64,000 nt of DNA from an uncultured Clostridia bacterium (GTDB lineage: Bacteria; Bacillota; Clostridia; Saccharofermentanales; Saccharofermentanaceae), in the NCBI GenBank assembly GCA_947303185.1, contig CAMYXF010000002.1:55747-119746 (forward strand), given 5' to 3'. Position numbers and translations under genes: made by a program. Shown piece after piece: positions 39,833 to 49,470 of the stretch (position 1 is the stretch's first letter; each line of letters starts with the position of its first letter). Under the pieces are notes generated by a model. That model ran no database searches, had not been told where the DNA came from, and worked only from the letters and a program-made list of their open reading frames with translations.

Positions 39833-40933
39833 TTATGTTTCAATCTTATTCAATATATCTTGAATATATCTTCCCCAATCAAGATTGAGTGTTGCATATT
39901 CCCTCATAGATTTAGCAGCCTTATCATAATCAATATTTGCAGACCAATCGACTATTTTCTGAATATCAATAGGCTCATCATCATTTGAAAAACTCAAACA
40001 GTATTCATAATCATTGAAAACTTCGTCATCACTGGCCTTTATAAACGGAATTCCCTTTGCACAGTATTCTCTGAGTTTTAAGCTGGTTGCTTTCTCAAGG
40101 CCTATGCGATACATACCAAGTGAACCAATACCGATATTGGATATGTCATAAAAATGATCAAGTTCCTCGCCTTTATGTTTGCCTTCAAATAAAACATATC
40201 TATTCAATTTGCACTGATCAACAGTTTTCTTATAATTGTTTAATTCCGGTCCGTCTCCAACAATATGGAATACAACTTTCGTTGCATTATCTCCATTCCT
40301 TTGATAGTAATCTTTCATACCGTTTATCAGTCTGTCAAAACCATGCCAGTTAGCTAGCAAAGCAACACCAATTAAATGGATCTCATCCTTATTTTGTAAA
40401 CATTTTTTTTGAGTATAGTCTTCAACATCAATGCAGTTGCTAAACTTAATTGTCGGTATTCCAAATATCTCTTTATCATCGGTAAGCGTCATATAATAAT
40501 CAACCAGGTGATCAGCAGCAACTTTAGGTACTACTCTCTTTTCTTTCCAAATCAACGGTCTATCAATTACTCTGTTCCATTCCTGGAAATACGGATAAGT
40601 AGGAATTTCAACGACTATCTTTAGCTTGGGATTAGCACGCTTCATTGCCCTAAGCAACTTAAAATATGTTCCATCGAAGATATTCTTTCTAATGAAAACA
40701 AAATCAGCATCAAGAACTTCTTTCTCACATTTCTCAATAAATGATTTAGGATAAACTCCACTGAAAGGCATACGATAAAGCACTTTATCAATCTTTCTGT
40801 CAAGAATGACATCTAAAAACTCTATCTCTACGCCAGCTTTTCTGAAAGCCTTAACTTGTGACAAGACCTTTTTAGCCTCGCCATTAGCTTTATAATCCTT
40901 ATCGTTGGATGAATAAATGTATATACCCTTCAT
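39833..40933 (-). CDS. GT4-like glycosyltransferase
   Basis: 'KKVLSQV', 'EIPTYPY', 'WHGFDRLI', 'GDGP', 'LKLREYCAKGIPF'. Confidence 0.85.
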   Translation of the reverse strand: MKGIYIYSSNDKDYKANGEAKKVLSQVKAFRKAGVEIEFLDVILDRKIDKVLYRMPFSGVYPKSFIEKCEKEVLDADFVFIRKNIFDGTYFKLLRAMKRANPKLKIVVEIPTYPYFQEWNRVIDRPLIWKEKRVVPKVAADHLVDYYMTLTDDKEIFGIPTIKFSNCIDVEDYTQKKCLQNKDEIHLIGVALLANWHGFDRLINGMKDYYQRNGDNATKVVFHIVGDGPELNNYKKTVDQCKLNRYVLFEGKHKGEELDHFYDISNIGIGSLGMYRIGLEKATSLKLREYCAKGIPFIKASDDEVFNDYEYCLSFSNDDEPIDIQKIVDWSANIDYDKAAKSMREYATLNLDWGRYIQDILNKIET

Positions 40934-40945
40934 AATTATGCTTAA

Positions 40946-42490
40946 TTATTCAGTACACTTAACAACGATGATACCATCAATTATTTTTATAGAACCATCA
41001 TCTGGATATATTGGCATTTCAACAAACTCACTAGAATCAACTATCCTTTCAGAATCCGATTCAGTAGCCATTTGAGGTCCATATCCAACCCAATTATTTA
41101 AATACCAATATATATCCATATTATTTACCTGATCTTTATATGGAAGATAATCATAACGCGATAATTGAGGATGTCTGAAAAAGCTATTATCATTAATTTG
41201 TTCGACATTATATAAAAGTACTGGATAATCGTCGTTATAGCCTTCAATACTTTGAATCCTTGTTGCTAAACGATTTAGAAAAGCAACATCTTCTTCGTGT
41301 TCGGCATAAGCTTTTAAATAGAGAATATTGTCATATCTAAAAAACACTATGAACATTGTAAATACAATAATGTATGAAACACATCTAGACAATGATATAA
41401 GAACACTCCAACACTTGGGAACTTTAATGTTTTTCTTAGTTTTCAAGTCAACCGCATCATAAGTTGCTATTTTTGTTTTTTCAACAAATATTAAAAGAGA
41501 TATTAAAACAAAACATGACGAATAGAGCATTTCAGGGTGTACAATCGCGCCGCTAATTATATAGTGAAAACTAAACGCAAACGGCAAACACATCAATATA
41601 AACGTCTTCCATACTGCAATGGATTTTTTGTTATTGAATAAACGAATTAACCAAACCAATCCAACTAAACCAAATGCAATAATGCATACCGGATACAACT
41701 TATGTGCTACTTCTACATAAGCAATATCACCTTTGAAAAACACATTGGCAGCTTGCTTTATACGTTCAATGTATTCTTTTGCACTTACAATTCCCCACGT
41801 ATCCATATTTTGATATGAAGTCATTTGTGTATGAATTAACTTTAAGAATAATGAATTGGCTAATAAGTATTCAATAACGCCTAACACAAAGAAAAGGATT
41901 GTCTTTAATAAAGCCACTACATCTTCCTTAATCGAACTTGAATGTCTAAAACAAAAATAAAGATTACATATGCAAATACCAGTTGCTAAAAATCCCTGGT
42001 ATAGCCCTAACGAAACACAAATTAATAAGCCCGCAACAATTGACTTAAGAGTATTAGTTTTTAGAATTAGATAATCAGCTATGACAATTAGAAGCAATGC
42101 CATACCCCAAGTCCAAGCCTGAAACATAAATCCCAATGTTGAAGCTATTTCCGGGAATACTATCATTATTCCAGCAACAAGGATTCTGCTTATCTTATCT
42201 TTAATTTCAAAAATCTCACACAACACACATATAGCTAAAGAAATACAAATTACCATCAAAACGCCATTGAAAACTGGCAGACTGAAATTAAAAGTATTCA
42301 GTTTCTGAGCAAATATATCTAATAATCCTATAGCCCATCTACCTTGCTCAAAAGTAATTCCTAACCTAAAAAGGCAATCATTATCATCGTTTAATGAAAA
42401 CTTGTTAAATATCATGAAGCCATGACAGATTATTCCAATCATAGTGGATAATAGAAACAGATATCTATAATCCTGGACTTTCTGTCTCAT
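40946..42490 (-). CDS. Membrane glucosyltransferase GtrII-family (GT-C) protein
   Basis: 'NDDND...QGRW', 'SLGLYQ', multi-TM, C-terminal 'EMPIYPDDGSIKIIDGIIVVK' typical of Glucos_trans_II. Confidence 0.75.
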   Translation of the reverse strand: MRQKVQDYRYLFLLSTMIGIICHGFMIFNKFSLNDDNDCLFRLGITFEQGRWAIGLLDIFAQKLNTFNFSLPVFNGVLMVICISLAICVLCEIFEIKDKISRILVAGIMIVFPEIASTLGFMFQAWTWGMALLLIVIADYLILKTNTLKSIVAGLLICVSLGLYQGFLATGICICNLYFCFRHSSSIKEDVVALLKTILFFVLGVIEYLLANSLFLKLIHTQMTSYQNMDTWGIVSAKEYIERIKQAANVFFKGDIAYVEVAHKLYPVCIIAFGLVGLVWLIRLFNNKKSIAVWKTFILMCLPFAFSFHYIISGAIVHPEMLYSSCFVLISLLIFVEKTKIATYDAVDLKTKKNIKVPKCWSVLISLSRCVSYIIVFTMFIVFFRYDNILYLKAYAEHEEDVAFLNRLATRIQSIEGYNDDYPVLLYNVEQINDNSFFRHPQLSRYDYLPYKDQVNNMDIYWYLNNWVGYGPQMATESDSERIVDSSEFVEMPIYPDDGSIKIIDGIIVVKCTE

Positions 42491-43332
42491 TATTTTGTCT
42501 CTCCTTCAACAAAATAAGTATCTCTAATCCACGACAACGATTCTGCCATCAATTTTGCTCTTCTTGTAGGCTTAAGCTTACTTGTCGTTGAATGTTCCTT
42601 ATGGATTATTTCCAACTCAGCATCATAGTAAGCAATAAAACCTTTACGATATGCATTCTCAGCAATAAAAGTCTCTTCACTATACAAAAGAACTCCAAAT
42701 TCAAGCTCTTTTATATATTCAGCATATTTACTTGAAAGAATAAAGAAACATCCATGTAGTTCATATACTGAACGACTGGTAGTATCTTTTTTCCTTTTTA
42801 TAAATTTCGGTTTTAAAAAGGCTGCCGTAACATAGCTTTCTCTTAAAACAGGTATGCTGTGTTTTTTTATAATGCTATCCAATTGATTTACAGTATATCT
42901 TTCATCACTTACCGGATTATCATAAGAATTAAGCTCACTTACTAATATAGATGGACCTATAACGCCCAAGTTATTATCGTAGGATTTATTCTCAAGCTTT
43001 GTAACAAACGCCTTATCCTGAAATGCAATATCAGTATTGCTCATAATGATATATTGGGGAAGCAACCCTGTCTGCTCTCTATACATACGGTACCCGTGCA
43101 AAAGGCCATTCATATAGCCTAGATTCTTACCAGGGTTATATACATAAACATGATCATGATCTTGACCGAAGGTATCAAGATTATCTATTTCTTCTTCAGT
43201 AGCCGAGTTTATGACCACAACATATCCAACTTTGTTACCATCATCCAATGAAAGAAGCTCATCGTAATACTCCATTACTTCAGAAGCATTGTTATAACAA
43301 ATAACTATATTGATTATGTTTTCTACTATCAC
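42490..43332 (-). CDS. GT2-like glycosyltransferase
   Basis: 'VICYN', 'NLGYMNG', 'SNTDI', 'HGCFFI', 'LYSEE', 'HKEHSTT'. Confidence 0.8.
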   Translation of the reverse strand: MIVENIINIVICYNNASEVMEYYDELLSLDDGNKVGYVVVINSATEEEIDNLDTFGQDHDHVYVYNPGKNLGYMNGLLHGYRMYREQTGLLPQYIIMSNTDIAFQDKAFVTKLENKSYDNNLGVIGPSILVSELNSYDNPVSDERYTVNQLDSIIKKHSIPVLRESYVTAAFLKPKFIKRKKDTTSRSVYELHGCFFILSSKYAEYIKELEFGVLLYSEETFIAENAYRKGFIAYYDAELEIIHKEHSTTSKLKPTRRAKLMAESLSWIRDTYFVEGETK

Positions 43333-43462
43333 TTAAACACCAATGGAATCGAAATAATATCAGTATCTGCTATATACATAACAAAGCAAATAATAATCAG
43401 ATAATCTACATAATAAATGAGAAAACGGTGCTCGTTTCATAAAGCTGTTATATCTAATTAAT

Positions 43463-44233
43463 TCAACAGTTATATATTCCGGCAGCAGTCAGCTCATCTT
43501 CGCTTGGCGCAGTAATAAGAACTGCTCTAAGCTTGCCATAATAAACAAACATACTTCCACCGGCAGCCGCATGTGCATGCCCGTCTTGAAGAACTTCCTT
43601 AAGGTCTTTGATGCCACCGGCGCCACCGATGGCAATTACAGGAATACTGACAACATCAGCAACTGACTTTACAAGATTAATATCATACCCATTCATCATT
43701 CCATCATTATCAATTGAGTTAATGATTATCTCGCCAGCACCTAGTCGTTCTGCTTCCCTGGCGAGATCTACAGGATTCCACTTCGTTTCTTCAACTCCAT
43801 CAGAAATAAAACACTTATAATCTGAATTTGTTTTTTTTGCATCAATTGAAGCAACAATACTCTGAGAACCAAATAGCTCTGCCGATTTAGTCACTAATTC
43901 AGGATTTCTTACAAATGCAGAATTCAAAACCACCTTCTCGTATCCGATTTTTAAGAGTTCCTGAACTTGATCAAGATTAGTAATGCCTCCACCATAACTC
44001 AAAGGCATAAAGGCTTCACTTGCAATATCCTTAAGAATCTCATAATCAGGTTCTTTATGGTTTTTTGTAGCACCAATATCGAGAATAGATAATTCATCTA
44101 TACGCTTTCGGTTAAAAATTTTAACCGCATTAACCGGATCACCAAGATATGTTCTTTTTCCGAACTGAACAGTCTTGATCAGATCTCTGTCATCTATAAG
44201 CAATGTCGGTATAATTCTTGGTCTGTTAAACAT
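43463..44233 (-). CDS. HisF-like cyclase subunit for sugar amidination (WbuZ/HisF2-like)
   Basis: 'RIIPTLL', 'YLGDPVNAVKIFN', 'EAFMPLSYGGGI', 'GAGEII', 'AAAGGSMFVY'; located in a polysaccharide cluster. Confidence 0.88.
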   Translation of the reverse strand: MFNRPRIIPTLLIDDRDLIKTVQFGKRTYLGDPVNAVKIFNRKRIDELSILDIGATKNHKEPDYEILKDIASEAFMPLSYGGGITNLDQVQELLKIGYEKVVLNSAFVRNPELVTKSAELFGSQSIVASIDAKKTNSDYKCFISDGVEETKWNPVDLAREAERLGAGEIIINSIDNDGMMNGYDINLVKSVADVVSIPVIAIGGAGGIKDLKEVLQDGHAHAAAGGSMFVYYGKLRAVLITAPSEDELTAAGIYNC

Positions 44234-44246
44234 CTATAACTCCAAA

Positions 44247-44870
44247 TCAAACATTGTTATGGTTACATATCTTTACAAAATTACTAAGTAACCCTAATCC
44301 AAAATCATGGCTTTTCTCTGGGTGAAACTGCACCCCCATAACATTATCTTTCACAACAGAACAAGTAAATTCAATACCATAATCACAAGTCATGAGAACA
44401 TTGTCTTGATCTTCACAAACAGCGTAATAGGAATGAACGAAGTAGTATCTCTGCAAACCTGATAATCCGTCAAGTAAAGGATGATGTTGTTTGAACTCAA
44501 CAATATCCCATCCCATATGAGGTATCTTCAAAGATTTATCTTCAAAACTGAATTTCTTGCATTCAAATGGAATTAGAGATAAACCCGGTAATGTTCCTTC
44601 TTCACTTCTAGTTCCCAAAAGTTGCATTCCAAGACAAATACCGAGAATTGGCTTTCCTCTATTTGCCTCATCCTTAATAACGTCAGCTATGCCTGAATCA
44701 ATGAGTTTATTCATTCCGGCATCAAAAGCTCCTACACCGGGAAGAATAATACCATCTGCCCTTCTAATAATTTCAACATTATTGGTTATCTTACATTTCT
44801 CTCCAATAACCTTAAGCATATTGGAAATTGAACCTAAGTTCCCTAATCCATAATCAAGTATTGCAATCAT
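44247..44870 (-). CDS. HisH-like glutamine amidotransferase (WbuY/HisH2-like)
   Basis: 'DYGLGNL', 'LPGVGAF', 'GICLGMQ', 'FHPEKS'. Start moved to ATG 44870. Confidence 0.9.
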   Translation of the reverse strand: MIAILDYGLGNLGSISNMLKVIGEKCKITNNVEIIRRADGIILPGVGAFDAGMNKLIDSGIADVIKDEANRGKPILGICLGMQLLGTRSEEGTLPGLSLIPFECKKFSFEDKSLKIPHMGWDIVEFKQHHPLLDGLSGLQRYYFVHSYYAVCEDQDNVLMTCDYGIEFTCSVVKDNVMGVQFHPEKSHDFGLGLLSNFVKICNHNNV

Positions 44871-44872
44871 AA

Positions 44873-46018
44873 TCAGAACCTTAAATTGCGTTTTTCGCCT
44901 TCTAATAATTTGGAAATTAAAACACCCAATTTGATTATCCACATTTGATTCTTATAATCTCTAGGGGTCTTATTTGGTTGCGCTATAATTTCATCAAATT
45001 CCTTAGCCGTGATTCCCATTTTCTTTGCTACATATTCTTTATCGAGTTCCATCTGTTCAGGATCATATGGAGAAGTCTCTAAAATCTTTAAGGCCTCTTC
45101 CCTCGTCATAGTGCCGGTAAGTATCTGATTAGAACAAACATTTTTTCTCGTATCAAATCCAAACTTATGAGGTAGATAATACCCTTCAAAGAATCTTGTA
45201 AATACATTCTCATAATGCTTGTTCTCATACTTAGTCCAACCATATTTTTCATGAAGGAGTTCCATAGCCTTTTCTTTATCATATACAACATAATCCAATG
45301 GAAAAACTCTCTTCATTCCGTAGAAATACCGATACAAGATACGATACTTCAGCATTCCACACATAGGATAAGATTTAAGAGGTACCTTACCAAATTTTTT
45401 GTGAATATCTTTAAGCATTGCAGTATCATTCAAATATATCCATTCAACTGGTGGTCTGATAAATTCAGTAGCACTATTAGAACCTGTAAGCACATATTTA
45501 ATCTTATGCTTAACGGCATAATTGTATAATGCTGCAAATATTGCATGATCTTGCGGCTGATCACAAGAAGAAATTGAAGCCTTGAAAAATGATAACTGAA
45601 GATCAGCCATCTCTTTCCAATTTACTACTTCCGTATACATATCAAGGTTTAATCCCTTGACTATTTTCTCAATATTCTCAACTGCGACATTGAGGTTCCA
45701 TCCGGTATCAACGACAAAGATTAAAGGTCTAAGGTGCATTACTTCAACAGCTATATAAGCCAAATATGAGCTGTCAGCTCCGCCAGAAAGCCCCAAAATG
45801 CAATCGTAATCATGACCTTCACCAGATTTTCTGATCTTAGCAGCTATTTCTTCAAGCTCATCAAATCTGTTTTCCTGTGGCTTCCAGAATGGCTTAATAT
45901 TCTTATCAAAGTTCCTGCAATAATCACAGACACCATTCTCATCAAACGTTATCTTTGAATCCGTGGTGTCCATAACACATCGACTGCATCTCTGATAATC
46001 TCTTTTAATTACAGACAT
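44873..46018 (-). CDS. N-acetyl sugar amidotransferase (WbuX/WbpG-like)
   Basis: 'CSRCVMD...CDYC', PP-loop 'GLSGGADSS', 'DTGWN', 'PQDHA', 'KHYE'. Confidence 0.9.
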   Translation of the reverse strand: MSVIKRDYQRCSRCVMDTTDSKITFDENGVCDYCRNFDKNIKPFWKPQENRFDELEEIAAKIRKSGEGHDYDCILGLSGGADSSYLAYIAVEVMHLRPLIFVVDTGWNLNVAVENIEKIVKGLNLDMYTEVVNWKEMADLQLSFFKASISSCDQPQDHAIFAALYNYAVKHKIKYVLTGSNSATEFIRPPVEWIYLNDTAMLKDIHKKFGKVPLKSYPMCGMLKYRILYRYFYGMKRVFPLDYVVYDKEKAMELLHEKYGWTKYENKHYENVFTRFFEGYYLPHKFGFDTRKNVCSNQILTGTMTREEALKILETSPYDPEQMELDKEYVAKKMGITAKEFDEIIAQPNKTPRDYKNQMWIIKLGVLISKLLEGEKRNLRF

Positions 46019-46027
46019 AAATCTCTA

Positions 46028-47224
46028 TTACCCCTGACATAAGAACTGATCCATCACATCCATAAGCATTGTCTTATCAAAATGTGACTCAAAATATACT
46101 CGAGAATTATTGCTCATAGCATTCCTATCGAGATTAATTATATTCCTTATCCCCTCTGCAAGTGCATCAGCGTCTCCAATATCGGTACAAATTCCACAAT
46201 TGGCTTCTTCTATTATCCTTTTTGTCTCACCGGAAGCAGATGCAATAATAGGCATTCCACAAGCCATATAGGACTGCAATTTGGCTGGGATTGTCATTTC
46301 CCACAGAGGAGTTTTATTGAAACTTATAAATCCAACATCACACGCAGCTAAAATACTAGGAATTAAAGTTGATTTGACTCGTGGAAGTAGAATAAACTTA
46401 TCCCTGACTCCACAGTCATCAATGTGTTTTTCAAACTCTGATTGGTATCTGCCATCTCCCACAACAACAAAACGGACATTATCTTCTTTCATTAATTTTG
46501 CAGTTTTAGGAAGTATATCTAAACCTTGCGCTGTGCCAATATTACCTGTAAATACAACTTTAAAGCTGTCATCATCAGGAATGCCTTCATATACATGCTT
46601 ATCAACTGGTCTGTAAAATTCTTCAGCATATTGAGGCCAATAGTATACCTTTTTACGATCAACAGGATTTTTTCTGTTGACAACTGCCTCAACAAATGAA
46701 GGACTTGTAACGAATATCTTATCAGTATGCTTATAAATCTTATCAACCATTCTATCTATCGGACCAATAATCAAGCGATTATGAATTCCTGTTACAGTTT
46801 CAACATTTTCAGGCCATAAATCCTGAACATATAAAAAGTGGGGTACCTTATGCTTTTTAGCATAACCGCATCCCACTTTAACCTGTGTCATAGGTGACGT
46901 CTCAAAGCTGAACACAAGATCAGCATCTACTTTATTAAATCTGTTCCAAAACCAACCTGATATAACAAAAGAATAGTAATTCAATACCATTCCAATCGAA
47001 CTATGCCCTCTTGCAATTAACGGAATTCTAATAATCTTTATTCCATTCCAAGTCTCTGTTCTTTTCTTTGTCCAAGAATAGCCAGGAAAGAATTTACCCA
47101 TAGGATAATTCGGAATTCCTGTCAGAACTGTTACATCATAACCTCGCTTTACCCATTCCGTAGCAATATCATTGATACGAAATGATTCAGGATAAAAATA
47201 CTGAGAAATAATAAGTATCTTCAT
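46028..47224 (-). CDS. GT4 glycosyltransferase, WbuB/WbjE-like (L-FucNAc transferase type)
   Basis: 'SQYFYPE', 'LTGIPNYP', 'YVQDLWPE', 'GNIGTAQGL', 'PAKLQSYMACG'. Confidence 0.85.
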   Translation of the reverse strand: MKILIISQYFYPESFRINDIATEWVKRGYDVTVLTGIPNYPMGKFFPGYSWTKKRTETWNGIKIIRIPLIARGHSSIGMVLNYYSFVISGWFWNRFNKVDADLVFSFETSPMTQVKVGCGYAKKHKVPHFLYVQDLWPENVETVTGIHNRLIIGPIDRMVDKIYKHTDKIFVTSPSFVEAVVNRKNPVDRKKVYYWPQYAEEFYRPVDKHVYEGIPDDDSFKVVFTGNIGTAQGLDILPKTAKLMKEDNVRFVVVGDGRYQSEFEKHIDDCGVRDKFILLPRVKSTLIPSILAACDVGFISFNKTPLWEMTIPAKLQSYMACGMPIIASASGETKRIIEEANCGICTDIGDADALAEGIRNIINLDRNAMSNNSRVYFESHFDKTMLMDVMDQFLCQG

Positions 47225-48642
47225 TTCTTTATATCAGCATCGTGCATTTCTTTTGCACGTTCACTGTCAAAACCTTCTGTACTATCCTTTTGAAATAGAA
47301 TCTTAACTGTTTCAAACATAATCTGAAAATCGAGAAGCAGACTGAAATTTGCAATATATGTAAGATCCAATTTCAGTTTATCTAATGCACTTGTATTGTA
47401 TTTGCCATAAACCTGAGCATAACCTGTAAGTCCGCCTTTTACCTTTTCACGGAACTTAAACTCAGGAATATCATTTGTGTACTTCTCAACATGCTCATAT
47501 CTTTCAGGACGAGGTCCAACAATACTCATGTCTCCAGAAAGGATATTGAACAACTGAGGAAGTTCATCAATACGGCATGCACGAATTACTCGACCAACCT
47601 TTGTAATACGATCATCCTTCTCTCCTGCCGGATGAGGACGTCCATCTTTCTCAGCATCAACGATCATAGAACGGAATTTGAGAATCATAAAATGCTTTCC
47701 ATCTTTAGTAACTCTCTCCTGTCTGAAAAAAACAGGTCCATGATCCTCAAGTTTAATAGCTAAAGCAGTAATCAAAAAGACAGGACTTAATATAACAACG
47801 GCTAATCCGCAAAAAACAACATCAACTACTCTTTTCCAAAATCTCTGCCAAAAGCTCATTCCAAGATTTCTACTGAGATAAAGAGGAGTATCAATAATAT
47901 TCAGGCTATCAGATGACTTAAGAATAATATCTGAGATTTTGGGGATGAAATATACTCTCTTGTCTTTTTCAAAACACTTTTTGATAACTACATTTTCAAT
48001 ATGTGCAGGTACATCACTGATCAATATGCTGCTGCAATTATCAACTATGGTGTCTATGTCAAAATCAGGATCATCATAATAAATTTTCTTTTCAACATGA
48101 TATTTCTGAGGGATTCCGTTAATCTTTCTCTCGATATCATTCTCATAATTGCCGTAAATCATAACGACCGGCAAAGGCTTAACAAGTTTTCTGTAAATGT
48201 TTACCATCAAAGCAACGGTAAACATAAGGACAACAGACTGGCAAATTGCTAATAAAACATATCTCCATGCAAATGCAAATACAAATCTGAAATTGTTGAG
48301 AATCGTAATAGAAACAAGAATCTCAATAAAGTCCGTAAACCAGCAAGTAAGAATAACACTTGCAATATGCTTCGCCTTGCGTTCTACACCAATCTGGAAA
48401 GCCTTAAGGAATCGTCCGTTCATAAGGAAAAGAACTACATAAATGATTGAAGCTAATCCAATATTTCCTATACCGGATAAAAAACCGGTATGATTGTTGT
48501 CTTTAACATAATTAATCCAAATGACAAGAAACATTGCCAAAGCAAATGCTGTGAGGATTAATGTGCACAAGCCACGATAAAAATACCTGAATCTTACCGT
48601 TTTCTGAAATGCCAAAATGCTGTTATTACTCTTCTTAGTCAT
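47221..48642 (-). CDS. Priming sugar-1-phosphate transferase (large type)
   Basis: N-terminal TMs; 'KRVVD', 'KFRSM', 'DDRITKVG', 'RIDELPQLFNILSGDMSIVGPRPER', 'GLTGYAQV'. Confidence 0.9.
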   Translation of the reverse strand: MTKKSNNSILAFQKTVRFRYFYRGLCTLILTAFALAMFLVIWINYVKDNNHTGFLSGIGNIGLASIIYVVLFLMNGRFLKAFQIGVERKAKHIASVILTCWFTDFIEILVSITILNNFRFVFAFAWRYVLLAICQSVVLMFTVALMVNIYRKLVKPLPVVMIYGNYENDIERKINGIPQKYHVEKKIYYDDPDFDIDTIVDNCSSILISDVPAHIENVVIKKCFEKDKRVYFIPKISDIILKSSDSLNIIDTPLYLSRNLGMSFWQRFWKRVVDVVFCGLAVVILSPVFLITALAIKLEDHGPVFFRQERVTKDGKHFMILKFRSMIVDAEKDGRPHPAGEKDDRITKVGRVIRACRIDELPQLFNILSGDMSIVGPRPERYEHVEKYTNDIPEFKFREKVKGGLTGYAQVYGKYNTSALDKLKLDLTYIANFSLLLDFQIMFETVKILFQKDSTEGFDSERAKEMHDADIKK

Positions 48643-48697
48643 AATACCGTTCCTTATCGAAATTCAAATACCCTCTCTAATTAATTCAACTACCCGT

Positions 48698-49210
48698 TTA
48701 TAACTTTGATATAATTTCCAATCCGATCTTAATCTTTGATACTCTGCCAAACATGCTCAATTCTATTATTGCTGTTCTCTTATGTCTGTTAATCGACTTT
48801 ATAAGTCCCTCTTTGCCAATTAACGGCCCCGATAGTATTTTTATGTGTTCCCCTTCAATAATTCCTATCGAAGAACCAAGCACACCATTGTTTGCATAAG
48901 CATTTTCTATAAGAAAGACTTCCTCATCATTTACAGGAGCAAACCGTTCATCAGTCGACAAAACCATAGCAAACTGGTCTGAATGCCTGATCCGTTCTGC
49001 AAACGTTTCTATCCTTTCAGAATCTGTATTAACAAACAGATAGCCTGGAAATAACGTCTTATGTACAGTTTTCCAAACACCATTTATCTTTTTGTTTTGG
49101 TCTATAAGCGGAACAAAACAATCATCGTAATAATCCGCAGGAACATAATCCTTGATCCATAAACCAAGTTTCTGCTCACAACCGGTTGTTGTCCAAATAA
49201 CATACCACAT
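48698..49210 (-). CDS. loaP: Antiterminator LoaP (NusG specialised paralog)
   Basis: 'MWYVIWTTTGCE', 'LFPGYLFV', 'KILSGPLIGKEGLIKSINRHKRTA'. Start moved to ATG 49210 behind RBS GGAAGGAG. Confidence 0.9.
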   Translation of the reverse strand: MWYVIWTTTGCEQKLGLWIKDYVPADYYDDCFVPLIDQNKKINGVWKTVHKTLFPGYLFVNTDSERIETFAERIRHSDQFAMVLSTDERFAPVNDEEVFLIENAYANNGVLGSSIGIIEGEHIKILSGPLIGKEGLIKSINRHKRTAIIELSMFGRVSKIKIGLEIISKL

Positions 49211-49242
49211 GACAGATATGTCTCCTTCCGACCTAAAGCCAT

Positions 49243-49275
49243 AAAACTCTAATACCGCTAATTCCGGCATCAGAG
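49243..49275 (-). terminator. Intrinsic terminator in loaP leader
   Basis: Minus strand CTCTGATGCCG-GAATTAG-CGGTATTAGAG-TTTTAT: 11-bp stem with two G-U pairs plus U tract, 32 nt upstream of the loaP ATG. Confidence 0.7.
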
Positions 49276-49341
49276 AACTCAAAAATATATGTCCGGTACT
49301 GTACACAACGCGCACCTGAGGCGACGATTGATTCGAGTCCT
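49274..49341 (-). promoter_or_regulatory. Structured loaP leader RNA (candidate LoaP recruitment hairpin)
   Basis: Outer 10-bp stem AGGACTCGAA/TTTGAGTTCT encloses a bulged hairpin CAATCGTCGCCTCAGGTGCGCGTTG (49306-49330); TATAAT at 49354-49359 just upstream. Confidence 0.55.
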
Positions 49342-49405
49342 TCTTACACAACAATTATACATTATTATTATTTATAATATTTTAGGGGAAATACACAAAA
49401 CACTA

Positions 49406-49442
49406 ATAGGACAACAAACAAATAGTATGTCAGTCGTCCTAT
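49406..49442 (-). terminator. Probable terminator hairpin after the GGDEF gene
   Basis: Minus strand ATAGGACGAC...GTTGTCCTAT inverted repeat followed by TAGTGTTTTG; long loop. Confidence 0.45.
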
Positions 49443-49470
49443 CAAATCAAAAATAATTTATATTTATATG

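Noticed and set aside
24786..43838. Homopolymer tracts (A8 at about 24786, T8 at about 43831) as phase-variation switches
   Set aside because: Short A/T runs are expected in AT-rich DNA; frames are intact and no long G/C tracts or invertible repeats were seen.
43463..44870. Histidine biosynthesis hisF/hisH
   Set aside because: Coupled to a WbuX-like sugar amidotransferase with no other his genes; the 'YLGDPVNAVKIFN' motif fits the polysaccharide-associated paralogs.
49211..49354. 48-aa N-terminal extension of LoaP in the ORF track
   Set aside because: The NusG-like domain starts at MWYV behind a strong RBS; the extension spans the leader RNA and terminator.
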